From: a virus
Taxonomy: Duplodnaviria > Heunggongvirae > Uroviricota > Caudoviricetes
Length of the DNA stretch: 55,048 nucleotides
Virus record (IMG/VR): IMGVR_UViG_2541047910_000003
Location: 1 to 55,048 of that record
Direction: 5' to 3' (one strand)
Both the position numbers and the translations under genes were made by a program. Below the pieces are notes generated by a model. The model was not told where the DNA came from, did not search any database, and was given only the letters and a program-made list of their open reading frames with translations. Below are positions 29,772 through 39,970 of this stretch, piece by piece. How positions within the stretch are numbered: the first letter of the stretch is position 1; each line of letters opens with the position of its first letter.

Positions 29772-30656
29772 TTATTCGATTTTTGCGCCGGGGCATAATT
29801 TGTTGAATTCGTCTTGTTTCGCATCAGCACCGCCACCACGTACTTCCGGCTCTGGCTTGATGGCTTTCTTTGGTTTTGGAGCAAGGCTTACCTGTTTGCT
29901 AATCTGCCCCAAGAGGAATGCTGCGCGAATTGGATCTGTCTCAGCGGCTACACGCTGGCGTAATTGCTGGCTCTTACCTAAGCCATAGGCGAGTAGTTCA
30001 GAGCCTTCGTCTGCACAGTGAATGATGATTTCCTGCTGAATTGGTGGTAGCTCACTAAGAACAATGGCTTCCATTTCCTGATAATCTTTCACAGGAAGTT
30101 TGGCTGCCCGTTGTTTATGCGCTTCTACCCTTTGCTGGAAACGCTGCTGGTATTCCTGTTGCTGACGTAGTTTTTGTTGCTGCTGCTGTTCGACACGGCC
30201 TTTTTTCTCATGCCAATCAGTCAATGCCTGTTCAAACGCCTGTTCGTCATAATCACACGACTCAAGAGTCGGTTTTGGTGGAATAGCGTCTGGTTGTGGT
30301 TGCTGATGTTCCGCAGGCTTGGCTAATGCTTCCTCAAGCTGGCGTCGCAACTCACGGTTTTCTTTCTGTGTTTCTTTGAAGCCTTTGCGAAGATCTTTCA
30401 CCCATTGCGGTGCAGGTTGCCCGTCAATGTGATCATCATCGTCAGCGTTAAGCTGAATTTCTTCATCACCAATACGCAAGGCGTAATCTTCTGGTGTCTC
30501 TTCGGTTTTTTCAGGATCAGTTGCCATCTCTTTTCCGTTGTCATCCTGGCTTTCATTCTCAGGCTGTGACTCTGTTTGGATGATGGTTTCTTCTGCATTT
30601 TCCTGTGTTTCAGACAGGTCAATAACCTGACCGTCGATGATCAGTTCGTTTTCCAT
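29772..30656 (-). CDS. Scaffolding protein, P22 gp8-like
   Basis: 294 aa, acidic/Q-rich coiled coil, between portal and coat. Confidence 0.75.
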   Translation of the reverse strand: MENELIIDGQVIDLSETQENAEETIIQTESQPENESQDDNGKEMATDPEKTEETPEDYALRIGDEEIQLNADDDDHIDGQPAPQWVKDLRKGFKETQKENRELRRQLEEALAKPAEHQQPQPDAIPPKPTLESCDYDEQAFEQALTDWHEKKGRVEQQQQQKLRQQQEYQQRFQQRVEAHKQRAAKLPVKDYQEMEAIVLSELPPIQQEIIIHCADEGSELLAYGLGKSQQLRQRVAAETDPIRAAFLLGQISKQVSLAPKPKKAIKPEPEVRGGGADAKQDEFNKLCPGAKIE

Positions 30657-30669
30657 TGATTACTCCTGG

Positions 30670-32796
30670 TTAACTCGGCATTAAGTCTGCCGGTGACTGT
30701 GGTGGTGACTGGAATTGCTGTTGTTGTGACTCGGCGACATCTTTCAGAAGGCGTATTACCTCCATCACTGCTTTGTCATCGATGTTTCTGGCTTGAGCCA
30801 GTTTATAGACAGTGTTTGCCTGACTCTCCATCGCATCCTGCTGGGCAGTAAATGCTTTGATTTGAGTTTGAGCAGTTTCGTTAGTTGCTTTTTGCGCTTC
30901 TGCCTGCGCTGCTACCATTTGCGCCTGAGCGAGAACCATTTCAGGATTTGGCTGGCTTTGTGCTGCCATTTGCGCCTGTTGAACAATCTGCTGCTCTTTC
31001 TCATTGCGTGGTTTTGCAATACCAGATATCAGCAGTTGGTTTCGGTTGTACTCTTTGAAGTCATCAAGGCCTTCGCCATCGATATTGTCCAGAATAATAC
31101 CCTGAATTGCCGGGCGCATTGGGTCTGTTGGAAGCATAGAGCTAAGGACATTTGTCAGTACAGAAACCGTTGCATCACGTCGTGCTGTGTAGCTTGGTCC
31201 AACATCAACCGTCACATCGTATCGACCGACAGAAAGGTCATTTAACGCAACAACAGCCCCTGTTTGCCTGTCAACAACCTGTGCGCTCAGGACAGCGATA
31301 TCATCGCTTCCATCTTCGTTAACGATGCGCACTTCACGCTCTGAACCGTACACTTCACGCGCCATTGACAGCCATACTTCACCAGCGCGTTTAAGACTTT
31401 TCGCCATATTGTCCAGATAGATAAACGAAGCCATATCTGCTCTGTTCATCAAGTTGTTAACCGTTTCCTGAGCAATATTACTTGGCATCTGCTGCATGGC
31501 CTGACTGCCGCCTGTAACCTCCTGAATATCAGCACTGGTTTGCTGTAGTAATGCAGCCAATGCCTGATTCATAACCGCAGGCTGTGTATATCCTGCCGGG
31601 GTAGCTCCAGCGATAATGTTGCCAGATTTATCTCTCACTTCGCGCAACGGCAAGAACGCTGGGCGTTTCTTGTTGCGAGCCTCCCAGTGCTTCTCAAGTC
31701 CACGAATTTGCTCCATGCCAACTATAGGGATCTGACCGGGGTCTTGCGCTGCAGTATCAGCCAGCATTGAAACCTGAAGGTTGTACAAACGCTGTGGATC
31801 CATTGCTTTTGCAATGTGCCCTTCGACACGCTCAATGTCATCAATGAACCAGCGTTTTCCATAAACCGGGATGAGGGGGATATGCTCACCAGGAATACGT
31901 CGAGGTTTCTCAAGGAAACCATCACCATCCACTACGGATACATACACACGACGGCGCTTCACTGAGCGCCTTGCCACTTCCTGAAATCCAGCTATTGCCA
32001 GTTCATCTTCAATATCTTCAACCTGATCACTGTCGTATGTTGCAATCTCTCCAGTGATTGGATGTCGATAACTGATGACGTCAACAGACTCTTTACGAAC
32101 TTCGTAATACTTCGCTATGTAAATAACATCTGCATCAAACCAGTCATATTCCCAACTGGTCATAGACGTTACATCCAGAGAAGCAGGAGGTTTCTTTCCG
32201 TATTCAGCCTCATATTTTTCAGGTGACAACGAATACATGCAGAACGCCCACAACGCGTCAGATTTGTCGTACTTCTTAGCGTCGGGGTCAAACCACACAG
32301 AGCGCGACGGGTCGTATATTGGTTCAATAGCAATACGCTGACGATCGTCCATGGGGTCGTATTCATTGACCAGCATCGACGTCAAACGGAAGCAACCGAA
32401 ACCACCAGTAGCAGCGTCGTCAAATGCATTATCGCAAGCCTCACCGCCATCGGTTTCTTCGTAGTCAGCACGGAACAGACCATTTAATTTATTGGCTAAC
32501 TCTTCGCTTGCCTCTCTGTCACCAGGACGAAACTTAACGGTGATTCTGTTATTGCGGTATTCTGCAATGATGCGGTTAAGTTCAGTTGCTACCTTATTGA
32601 TTTCAAACTTAGGATACTTCTCGAACTGCTCATCAAGCTTAGTTCCAGCCGCCGTTGCTCCTTCCCATTGACCTCCGGGGACACGAGCAAACCTCGTAGC
32701 TTCAATGCACTTTTCGCGCACTTCCTGCTGTGGAGAATAGGCGCGGTCAAACCTGAGCATGATCCGCTCATGTTTTTTCTCTAATGTCTCTGCCAT
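30670..32796 (-). CDS. Portal protein, P22 gp1-like (likely start MAETLEK; six-frame ORF extends to 32868)
   Basis: Conserved P22-portal segments GEHIPLIPVYG and RRRVYVS; ~709 aa with C-terminal Q/A-rich barrel. Confidence 0.9.
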   Translation of the reverse strand: MAETLEKKHERIMLRFDRAYSPQQEVREKCIEATRFARVPGGQWEGATAAGTKLDEQFEKYPKFEINKVATELNRIIAEYRNNRITVKFRPGDREASEELANKLNGLFRADYEETDGGEACDNAFDDAATGGFGCFRLTSMLVNEYDPMDDRQRIAIEPIYDPSRSVWFDPDAKKYDKSDALWAFCMYSLSPEKYEAEYGKKPPASLDVTSMTSWEYDWFDADVIYIAKYYEVRKESVDVISYRHPITGEIATYDSDQVEDIEDELAIAGFQEVARRSVKRRRVYVSVVDGDGFLEKPRRIPGEHIPLIPVYGKRWFIDDIERVEGHIAKAMDPQRLYNLQVSMLADTAAQDPGQIPIVGMEQIRGLEKHWEARNKKRPAFLPLREVRDKSGNIIAGATPAGYTQPAVMNQALAALLQQTSADIQEVTGGSQAMQQMPSNIAQETVNNLMNRADMASFIYLDNMAKSLKRAGEVWLSMAREVYGSEREVRIVNEDGSDDIAVLSAQVVDRQTGAVVALNDLSVGRYDVTVDVGPSYTARRDATVSVLTNVLSSMLPTDPMRPAIQGIILDNIDGEGLDDFKEYNRNQLLISGIAKPRNEKEQQIVQQAQMAAQSQPNPEMVLAQAQMVAAQAEAQKATNETAQTQIKAFTAQQDAMESQANTVYKLAQARNIDDKAVMEVIRLLKDVAESQQQQFQSPPQSPADLMPS

Positions 32797-32798
32797 GT

Positions 32799-34211
32799 TT
32801 ACCAACCGGAGGATGAGGGAACGTATATTTCTGTTTCTTCGCGGACCAATGCCGGGCAATGCATACACATCATCAGCGCATCAGCCAGGTTAGGAGATGG
32901 AATACCGAGCTTCTGCTTCATTTCGACCTTAGTCATAAGCTCCAGCTTCCCGTTATTATTGAATTTGCGCTGAATCTGCGTCAGTTCTGCAAACAGCTTC
33001 TCCAGCATCTTCTCGCCTATCGCTTCTTTGTCGAAACTCAGCATGTCGTCTGGGTCTGCATACTCACCGTGAACAACCGCCCGATATGTCAGATACAGCC
33101 TGTCAGCCAGCGCGTAATAGAATTGTGCTCGCTTATTGCGGAACACATCGCCAATAGTGCGAACGTTGTCACCCTGTACGACTTCATCAGCCCATGCTCC
33201 GGCCTGATACGGCGCATCTTCATCGAATGGCGATTCACTGCCCTTGAACATCGTGGCGGTGATTTTCTTGCCGGAGAACGCTTCCGTTGTCTGTCTGCGT
33301 AGCCCCGCACCGACGCCATCACCATCCCACAGGTAATGGTCAGCGCCGTCTTCAATCGCCAGCGAAGTTGCCCAGTCAGCACCTTCATTGATGTCCATCA
33401 GCAGGCCTTCGGCAATGCGCTTAACTACCGAACCGTGGCGCGATGCATAACCTTTAGCATCCGGTCCTGTATCTGACGGGTCATGCGCAGAGACAACAGC
33501 GCCTTTCGCCTTCCATCCGAGTTTCTTGTGCGCATCGGTTGCGGCTTCAAGCCATTCACGTTTGATGATTGCCATATCACTTGCGCTCACTGGCTCACCA
33601 AGCCAGATGTGACGATACAGTGTCGGATTTCTGCGTTTACACTCTTCCATCTCCAGACGGAGAACTTCAGGAAAGTGCGGGTTGTCGGTGTAGTTCACCG
33701 TCAGCAGACAAATATCATCAGGAGGGTTTACTACGAATCGCTGATAGGTATCGTCGAGGATGTTCTTCGGGTTAAAGCTCACCCATATTTCAGAGAACGG
33801 CTTACGGATGGTTGGGATCAGGATATCCCACGATTCCTTTGTTACCGCTTCCGCTTCTTCCACCCAGCAGATATCAATGCCTTCGAGCGATTTAATCTTC
33901 GTCGGGTTGTTTTTTATGCCGTAGAACATGAATTCAGCATTCGTTCCGAGATGACGAATCATTGAACGCTGAATTTCAAACTCAGCCGAATATCCTTCAC
34001 GCTCGATGGTGTCTTCAAGCAGCCGGATTACCGAATCGCTGATACTGTTTTGCAGTTCACGAGCACAGAGGATGCGCACAGGCTGCCGACGCGCCGCTTC
34101 AACAAGCAGCCTCGCAATTGCCCATGACTTACCGCTACCTCGACCGCCTTTGGCGACTTTGTAGCGATGCGCCTCAATGAACGGTTCAAAGATAGGATTA
34201 ATCGAGGTCAT
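32799..34211 (-). CDS. Terminase large subunit
   Basis: Walker A KGGRGSGKSWAIA; 470 aa; upstream of portal. Confidence 0.9.
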   Translation of the reverse strand: MTSINPIFEPFIEAHRYKVAKGGRGSGKSWAIARLLVEAARRQPVRILCARELQNSISDSVIRLLEDTIEREGYSAEFEIQRSMIRHLGTNAEFMFYGIKNNPTKIKSLEGIDICWVEEAEAVTKESWDILIPTIRKPFSEIWVSFNPKNILDDTYQRFVVNPPDDICLLTVNYTDNPHFPEVLRLEMEECKRRNPTLYRHIWLGEPVSASDMAIIKREWLEAATDAHKKLGWKAKGAVVSAHDPSDTGPDAKGYASRHGSVVKRIAEGLLMDINEGADWATSLAIEDGADHYLWDGDGVGAGLRRQTTEAFSGKKITATMFKGSESPFDEDAPYQAGAWADEVVQGDNVRTIGDVFRNKRAQFYYALADRLYLTYRAVVHGEYADPDDMLSFDKEAIGEKMLEKLFAELTQIQRKFNNNGKLELMTKVEMKQKLGIPSPNLADALMMCMHCPALVREETEIYVPSSSGW

Positions 34212-34648
34212 TTTCCGAACAGAGTGCTCATCGGTGATGTTTCAATCTGGATTGCGCCGCCGTCTTTGCCTGTTAGCTCGTGATCAACCTTGTCGCGCCA
34301 TTTATCCTTCTGTCGGTTCTTAAGCCAGAAAATGGCAGCGGTTGTATCAGGCGGGTAATACTTCTCAAGCGGAGTTTCGACAATTCTGTTTTCAATAACA
34401 CGAATATCGATATCTGGAGCCACGAAGCCCATAGCGCGTTGATAAAGACGATCACTAACTTCTGCATCAGCGACGGCCTTACCCTTTTTTATGGACTCCG
34501 AAAACTTAGGATAATCAAGCTTCCACTTGTTAATAGTTGACTCACTGACTTCAAAGAAATCAGCAAGCTCTGCATCGGTGTAGCCCAGCAAGCACAGTTT
34601 GCGTGCCTGTTCGGCGTACGCCTCTTGATACTTTGTTGGGCGCGCCAT
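34208..34648 (-). CDS. Terminase small subunit (Sf6/P22-like)
   Basis: 146 aa immediately upstream of TerL, overlapping stop/start. Confidence 0.65.
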   Translation of the reverse strand: MARPTKYQEAYAEQARKLCLLGYTDAELADFFEVSESTINKWKLDYPKFSESIKKGKAVADAEVSDRLYQRAMGFVAPDIDIRVIENRIVETPLEKYYPPDTTAAIFWLKNRQKDKWRDKVDHELTGKDGGAIQIETSPMSTLFGK

Positions 34649-34650
34649 GT

Positions 34651-34893
34651 TTATGCTCCGGTAGTAAACAGGTCTAACGCTTCCTTCGATTTACGCACCG
34701 CTTCGATAGTGCGGGTCGTGATATCTGAATTAGCGCCGCCTGACTGGAAGTGAATTTTGAATAGCTCAAGCTTCAGCTCGTCAGTGCCAATGAACTGAAA
34801 TGCTTCCTCTGCGGCTGCGTTCTGGTTCATGACCAGCTTGTAAATCTCTAACTGGAATTTCTGTTCTTCAGTCATGGGAATAATCTCTGCCAT
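34651..34893 (-). CDS. Hypothetical 80-aa protein upstream of terS
   Basis: ORF. Confidence 0.35.
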   Translation of the reverse strand: MAEIIPMTEEQKFQLEIYKLVMNQNAAAEEAFQFIGTDELKLELFKIHFQSGGANSDITTRTIEAVRKSKEALDLFTTGA

Positions 34894-35121
34894 TGTTGGC
34901 TCCGTTTATCCGTTAAAAGGGATATCAGTTAAGTTATCCCGTGTAGGGTATAAGCCATTGTCGAGACCATTCATTGAATGGCCTCTGCAATAACCGATGT
35001 CTTTCCATCAGTCCGCCACCACAAAGAATCTTTTTTGCCATAAGGCTGGAGATTCATCTTTCAGTGGCTGCCAGTGTTATTTCCCCCACTTACTGGCTTG
35101 GGTTGTTTCGCGGTGCTGCCG

Positions 35122-35664
35122 TTAATTGGTGAGTCCGGGGATTACGGTTTGCCCGTGCTGTTCAAGGCGTTCAATTCTAGCCAGCAGCTGTGGCTTCTTA
35201 ATTTTTCCCCAGCGATTTAGCAGGCGACCTGACATGCTGGCAACATCCTTCTCTTTCATGTACTCCAGCATTACGGCATTTCGCTCTTCTTCAAATTGAC
35301 GATTACCAACCTGAAGCATGGCGTACATCCAGTTGAATGCGTTGATGTAAGCAATTTTGATACGCATTGCTTCTTTTTTGGTGTAGGACATAACCAAAAG
35401 CATCAACCCATCCTTACGTAGCCGATAGAATTTTTGTGGCTTACCATTCTGTAACTCATTGTTTTTATAGCAAACCTCAAAATTGAGTTTTGTATCAAAC
35501 TCTTCAGGACAAGCAGCGATTGTTCTTTCTACATCACGCACAACGTTGTCATGTCGCTTACGAAATGCTTTCGCCACCATAAATGAATCGGTGACAGGGT
35601 CATTGTTGGTAATAAAAACCAGTTCTTTGAAATCAATGCCGTCAACGATAGTTGGATAATTCAT
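35122..35664 (-). CDS. Rha-family phage regulatory protein
   Basis: N-terminal ...SFMVAKAFRKRHDNVVRDVERTI resembles Rha motif. Confidence 0.65.
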   Translation of the reverse strand: MNYPTIVDGIDFKELVFITNNDPVTDSFMVAKAFRKRHDNVVRDVERTIAACPEEFDTKLNFEVCYKNNELQNGKPQKFYRLRKDGLMLLVMSYTKKEAMRIKIAYINAFNWMYAMLQVGNRQFEEERNAVMLEYMKEKDVASMSGRLLNRWGKIKKPQLLARIERLEQHGQTVIPGLTN

Positions 35665-35812
35665 CGGTAATTACCTTTTAGTGATGAACCTTGTCACACA
35701 GGATTCCGGCCCACAGAAAGGCACCGATAACCAAACCGGCATCCTCAAGGGTCATCCTGAAAGGCTCTGTGTTCATAAGTCGCGCGTGTGAAGCGCATTT
35801 ACTGAGGACATA

Positions 35813-35842
35813 AAAAAGCCCCGCTTCTGCGAGGCATTTTCC
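35813..35842 (-). terminator. Terminator after Rz (hairpin + T6 on minus strand)
   Basis: gcctcgcagaagcggggc tttttt on minus strand. Confidence 0.5.
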
Positions 35843-35877
35843 TGAAAGTCACTTGTTAAATTTCAGTGAAGTTAAAA

Positions 35878-36336
35878 TTATTTTAAGCACTGAGTCCTGG
35901 TGTACTCCTGCAGGTAGTTAACCTGCGCGGTTATCCTGTCGATTCCACTTCGGAGACGGTAATAATTGAGTTCAGCATCTGCTGTAAGTCCTGGGCTTTC
36001 TCCATCGCCCATGCCGCTGGCTCCGGTCGTTGACTTTGCACAGGTGGCGGCGACTTGCAGGCGCTTACGACCAGCAGAAACATCAGCACGGAGACTTTCG
36101 ATAGTCGCGTTAGCATCAGCAAGCTCCTTTGTGTATCTTGCGTCGAGTTCTGCTACATCACGTTGACGCTTCCGCATGTCAGCGATGGTGGCGTTCGCCT
36201 TCTCCAGTTCACTGGCCTTGTTATCGCGCTGCTCTTTGTAGGCGATTGCGTTATCACGGTAATGATTAACAGCCCATGACAGGCAGACAATGATGCAGAT
36301 AACCAGAGCGGAGATAATCGCGGTTAACCGACTCAT
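35878..36336 (-). CDS. Rz: Rz i-spanin
   Basis: [31 protein letters not shown] nearly identical to lambda Rz N-terminus. Confidence 0.8.
   Translation of the reverse strand: MSRLTAIISALVICIIVCLSWAVNHYRDNAIAYKEQRDNKASELEKANATIADMRKRQRDVAELDARYTKELADANATIESLRADVSAGRKRLQVAATCAKSTTGASGMGDGESPGLTADAELNYYRLRSGIDRITAQVNYLQEYTRTQCLK
35931..36122 (-). CDS. Rz1: Rz1 o-spanin lipoprotein embedded in Rz (+1 frame)
   Basis: Lipobox VVSAC and proline-rich segment [13 protein letters not shown]; fully embedded in Rz. Confidence 0.75.
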   Translation of the reverse strand: MLMLTRLSKVSVLMFLLVVSACKSPPPVQSQRPEPAAWAMEKAQDLQQMLNSIITVSEVESTG

Positions 36337-36424
36337 GACATCAACACCCCAACGGCCAGAAACCACGGCCACGCATCGTTGCCATTCAATGCGAGCAACG
36401 CTGCCATGAAAAAGCAAATCATGC

Positions 36425-36928
36425 TCATTGCTGCCCCCACAAACAGACTTCACGCTCAATCTCACGGCGAGTCATCAGCCCTTTCCATTGCTTACCGCCA
36501 GCGTATGTCCAGCGACGTAGCTGGTCACATGCGCCATTGATATCGCCCTGGTTGATTTTGCGAAGAAGCGTCGATGTTCTGAAATTGCCTGCGCCCACGT
36601 TATAGACGAACGAATAAAGAGCGCCGCGCGTTGTTTCCGGTATATCGACTTTGATGTACGGGTTAATTTGTCTGGCGACCGTGGCAAGGTCTTTATTCAG
36701 GAGGGCTTTGCATTCTGCTTCGGTATACGTTTTACCGAGCATGATGTCTTTTCCGGTATGTCCGTGACATACAGTCCATACACCAACAATATCTTTGTAT
36801 GGTATGTAGCTGACACCTTCCAGACCATCGTTACCACTTGGCCCAGTGATTAACACAGATGCTATAGCAATAGCCCCACCACTTATCGCCGCTATTACGC
36901 TATTTCGTAGTGCCGGTGACATTGCCAT
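36425..36928 (-). CDS. SAR endolysin (phage 21 R21-like lysozyme)
   Basis: [50 protein letters not shown]... near-identical to R21 with N-terminal SAR domain. Confidence 0.85.
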   Translation of the reverse strand: MAMSPALRNSVIAAISGGAIAIASVLITGPSGNDGLEGVSYIPYKDIVGVWTVCHGHTGKDIMLGKTYTEAECKALLNKDLATVARQINPYIKVDIPETTRGALYSFVYNVGAGNFRTSTLLRKINQGDINGACDQLRRWTYAGGKQWKGLMTRREIEREVCLWGQQ

Positions 36929-37103
36929 TCAATCTGTCCTCGCGCTCTTTGCGCTTGTAGTACCAGTTGATGCCAAATGTGCCGACAGTACAAAGAATAC
37001 CAATGATGACAGCCCAGTCATTCAGGGAGAGAATGCCACCCATCGCAGTCAGTCCTCCGAAGCTGTAACTGAACCATTCTCTGATTTTGTCCATACGGTA
37101 CAT
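36900..37103 (-). CDS. Pinholin (S21-like class II holin)
   Basis: 67 aa, two TM segments, basic C-terminus, overlaps endolysin start. Confidence 0.55.
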   Translation of the reverse strand: MYRMDKIREWFSYSFGGLTAMGGILSLNDWAVIIGILCTVGTFGINWYYKRKEREDRLNGNVTGTTK

Positions 37104-37232
37104 GCTCTACCCCTTCATTGAGGGGATTTGCTCTATTTAATTAGGAATAAGGTCGATTACTGATAGAACAAATCCAGGCTACTGTGTTTAGTAAACAGAT
37201 TTGTTCGTGACCGATATGCACGGGCAAAACGG

Positions 37233-37262
37233 CAGGAGGTTGTTAGCGCGACCTCCTGCCAC
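37233..37262 (-). terminator. Rho-independent terminator (ggcaggaggtcgcgctaacaacctcctgcc then gttttgccc on minus strand)
   Basis: Perfect 10-bp stem. Confidence 0.6.
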
Positions 37263-37347
37263 CCGCTTTCACGAAGGTCATGTGTAGAAGGCCGCAGCGT
37301 AACTATCAATGATGAATTCAGGATAGCCAGTGGCTACGGCTCAGTTA

Positions 37348-37423
37348 TGGTGCTGGTTAACGGACTTGAACCGCTACCCATTCGCTTACAAGGCGACTGC
37401 TCTACCATTGGAGCTAAACCAGC
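37348..37423 (-). tRNA. Phage-borne tRNA, anticodon loop CTTGTAA (anticodon UGU, Thr) by manual fold
   Basis: 76 nt; acceptor GCTGGTT/AACCAGC, D arm GCTC..GAGC, T arm with GTTCAAGTC, terminal CCA encoded. Confidence 0.55.
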
Positions 37424-37428
37424 ATATT

Positions 37429-37502
37429 TGGCGGGACAGCGTGGACTCGAACCACGATAAGAAGGTTAACAGCCTTCCGTAATGACCTTTATACGACTGA
37501 CC
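37429..37502 (-). pseudogene. Degenerate tRNA-like sequence: intact anticodon arm (GAAGG-CTGTTAA-CCTTC, anticodon GUU), T arm and acceptor 3' strand + CCA, but disrupted 5' acceptor/D arm
   Basis: Manual fold; 5' half does not pair. Confidence 0.35.
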
Positions 37503-37510
37503 CAAATAAA

Positions 37511-37562
37511 AAATCCCGAAACCGTTGTGCAGGCTCTAACTATTACCTGCGAACTGTTTCGG
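37511..37562 (-). terminator. Large hairpin (atcccgaaac ... gtttcgggat) followed by T-run on minus strand; tR'-like terminator downstream of Q/pR'
   Basis: 10-bp perfect stems read from sequence, followed by ttttttatttggg on minus strand. Confidence 0.45.
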
Positions 37563-37777
37563 GATTGCATTTTGCAGACCTCTCAGCCTGCGATGGTTGG
37601 AGTTCCAGACGATACGTCGAAGTGACCAACTAGGCGGAATCGGTAGTAAGCGCCGCCTCTTTTCATCTCACTACCACAACGAGCGAATTAACCCATCGTT
37701 GAGTCAAATTTACCCAACTTTATTCAATAAGTCAATATCATGCCGTTAATATGTTGCCATCCGTGGCAATCATGCTG

Positions 37778-38401
37778 CTAACGTGTGACCGCATTCAATA
37801 TGTTGTCTGCGATTGACTCTTCTTTGTGGCATTGCACCACCAGAGCGTCATACAGCGGCTTAACAGTGCGTGACCAGGTGGGTTGAGTAAGGTTTGGGAT
37901 TAGCATCGTTACAGCGCGATATGCGGCGCTTGCTGGCATTCTTGAATAGCCGACACCTTTGCATCTTCCGCACTCTTTCTCAACAACTCTCCCCCACTGC
38001 TCTGTTTTGGCTATATCAACCGCACGGCCTGTACCGTGGCAATCTCTGCATCTTGCGCCCGGCGTCGCGGCACTACGGCAATAATCCGCATAAGCGAATG
38101 TTGCGAGCACTTGCAGTACCTTTGCCTTAGTATTTCCTTCAAGCTTTGCCACACCACGGTATTTCCCCGATACCTTGTGTGCAAATTGCATCAGATAGTT
38201 GATAGCCTTTTGTTTGTCGTTCTGGCTGAGTTCGTGCTTACCACAGAATGCAGCCATTCCGAATCCGGCTTGTGATTGCGCCATCCCCATAGCAGCCATC
38301 ACATCAGTACCGGAAAGAGAGTCAGAAGCCGTAGCCCGTGGTGAGTCGCTCATCATCGGGCTTTTTGGCGAGTGAAATTTAGCTACGCTTTCGAGTCTCA
38401 T
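37778..38401 (-). CDS. Q: Late antiterminator Q (lambda Q type)
   Basis: 207 aa essentially identical to lambda Q (MRLESVAKFHSPKSPMMSDSPRATASDSLSGTDVMAAMGMAQSQAGFGM...). Confidence 0.9.
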   Translation of the reverse strand: MRLESVAKFHSPKSPMMSDSPRATASDSLSGTDVMAAMGMAQSQAGFGMAAFCGKHELSQNDKQKAINYLMQFAHKVSGKYRGVAKLEGNTKAKVLQVLATFAYADYCRSAATPGARCRDCHGTGRAVDIAKTEQWGRVVEKECGRCKGVGYSRMPASAAYRAVTMLIPNLTQPTWSRTVKPLYDALVVQCHKEESIADNILNAVTR

Positions 38402-38586
38402 CGTCTTCCCTTTTTGCCTGGCGTGACCATCAGGACGCCGTTAACTATTACGTGACGCTCGCCTTTGCTGTCTCGGTTGTACTTGAGCACTGTTCCTCTT
38501 GCGCAGGAAAGCATCCTCGCCACTTCGGTCTGATTGCCTCGTGTCTGGATAAGAAGCTCTGGTATCGTTTGAATTGTGGCGTTCAT
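38398..38586 (-). CDS. ninH: NinH-like protein
   Basis: IPELLIQTRGNQTEVARMLSCARGTVLKY resembles lambda NinH. Confidence 0.65.
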   Translation of the reverse strand: MNATIQTIPELLIQTRGNQTEVARMLSCARGTVLKYNRDSKGERHVIVNGVLMVTPGKKGRR

Positions 38587-38945
38587 ACGTTCTCCAGTTC
38601 GGTGATTTTTATTCCAAGCCTTCCGCCTGGTACTTTCACGCCACGAATTACGCGAATGTCATCGAATTGCTCGTCGTCTTCCGCAAATCCGGCGTGGATA
38701 AGGGAGTCGAGTAAACCCTTCAGGATGTTATCGAGGTCGCGGCGGCGGGAGTCTGGAACGTCTGCGATGACTTTGATGCGGAGTCGTGATTTGGTGAAAA
38801 TATCTAACTTGAGTTGGCGGATGATTTGCTGAACGTCTTTTCGGTATTTCTGGCCTTTATCGCTGATGTAGTATTGGCTTCCCCGTCTTCGCCAGTAGGT
38901 ATTCACCGACGGCGGGTATGGAAGCACAAACTGATATTCGTTCAT
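38583..38945 (-). CDS. rusA: RusA Holliday-junction resolvase
   Basis: PPSVNTYWRRRG...DVPDSRRRDLDNILKGLLDSLIHAGF matches RusA catalytic region. Confidence 0.85.
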   Translation of the reverse strand: MNEYQFVLPYPPSVNTYWRRRGSQYYISDKGQKYRKDVQQIIRQLKLDIFTKSRLRIKVIADVPDSRRRDLDNILKGLLDSLIHAGFAEDDEQFDDIRVIRGVKVPGGRLGIKITELENV

Positions 38946-39232
38946 GACTTAATCTTCCCCTCCTTCAGCAGTATCGCCTGCGTCCTGATCACGCCTTCGA
39001 GGTGGTAAAGTCTGGCGTCTTTGTTGTCGAGGTTATGGGTGCGTCGGTCGACTTCATCGTGACACGCGCTACAAGCCCATGCGCCGATCAGGTCGTCAGG
39101 TTTCATTCCCGTTCCGCAAATTCCAGCCATCCGGTAATGTGCCAGAACTGTAGTTTCAGGGTTGCCATTGCATACGCCGTAAATACGTACCTGGCATTCT
39201 CTGCCGCGCGCTTCTTTGCGTAGGTTAGCCAT
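38942..39232 (-). CDS. DUF1364/YbcO-like zinc-binding putative nuclease
   Basis: 96 aa with Cys/His cluster, position before rusA as in DLP12. Confidence 0.6.
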   Translation of the reverse strand: MANLRKEARGRECQVRIYGVCNGNPETTVLAHYRMAGICGTGMKPDDLIGAWACSACHDEVDRRTHNLDNKDARLYHLEGVIRTQAILLKEGKIKS

Positions 39233-39437
39233 TTACCTTCCCTCGCAACTGAAGAATTGACTGAAGGTCTTTTTTAATAAATATGCGAGTGCGAATTGAG
39301 CAGTAGTTTTCCTTCATTCTGGCGTAGTAATAGTCCTTTCGTTGTTTAAGCTTGTTGGCATCCGCTGTCATCCAGTCTTTTACAGCAAACTTAATTAACC
39401 AGCGGTGGCAGAGATACCATTTCAGGTAATCACTCAT
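39225..39437 (-). CDS. Hypothetical 70-aa nin-region protein
   Basis: ORF. Confidence 0.35.
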   Translation of the reverse strand: MSDYLKWYLCHRWLIKFAVKDWMTADANKLKQRKDYYYARMKENYCSIRTRIFIKKDLQSILQLRGKVNG

Positions 39438-39602
39438 CGTTTTCTTCCTCGTACATTGAGCTATTCGGATCGCTCATCAGTTCTGCGCAGCAGTGCTCAC
39501 ACACGTGAACTTCCAGCACATGCAGCTTCTGACCGCAGTTAGCGCACGTTAAAGCCCGCTCGACGCTTTCTTTCTGGTATTGAAGTGATTGGGATGGACT
39601 AA
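39426..39602 (-). CDS. ninF: NinF (58 aa, Cys-rich)
   Basis: MLSPSQSLQYQKESVERALTCANCGQKLHVLEVHVCEHCCAELMSDPNSS near-identical to lambda NinF. Confidence 0.7.
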
Positions 39603-39970
39603 GCATTATTGGCGTCCTGCATCATGAGAAATACAATCATGGCGGCGCGGAGTGTGTTGTTGTCTATGGTAATAAATTCACAAAATCTATCCGCCTCCCA
39701 CCAATATTCATTCTTCATTCCAGGATTATTTCTTTCGTATGCACATATGCTGATATGATGTTTTGCGATTACAGGCCATGAGGCGCTCGGATCATTGCAG
39801 TAGTCAGGTAAAGGGTTTAATGGCTCAAAAGTTGTATCAGCATTTCCGTAATACCATTTGTTGGTGTTATTCCCTGACGTTTCCGGTTTACATGCCCAAA
39901 GGCCTTTAAAAATTATGTCTCCTACCATTCTGTTAATTTCAAAATCACTTAACTGTGAATAATCCATTGT
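39599..39970 (-). CDS. Hypothetical nin-region protein (likely start MTMDYSQL)
   Basis: ORF between ninE and ninF. Confidence 0.4.
   Translation of the reverse strand, partial: TMDYSQLSDFEINRMVGDIIFKGLWACKPETSGNNTNKWYYGNADTTFEPLNPLPDYCNDPSASWPVIAKHHISICAYERNNPGMKNEYWWEADRFCEFITIDNNTLRAAMIVFLMMQDANNA

Noticed and set aside
35693-35791. 32-aa hydrophobic minus-strand ORF between Rha gene and Rz terminator
   Set aside because: No ribosome-binding site and very short. It could be a bor-like or type I toxin peptide, but it cannot be supported from sequence alone.
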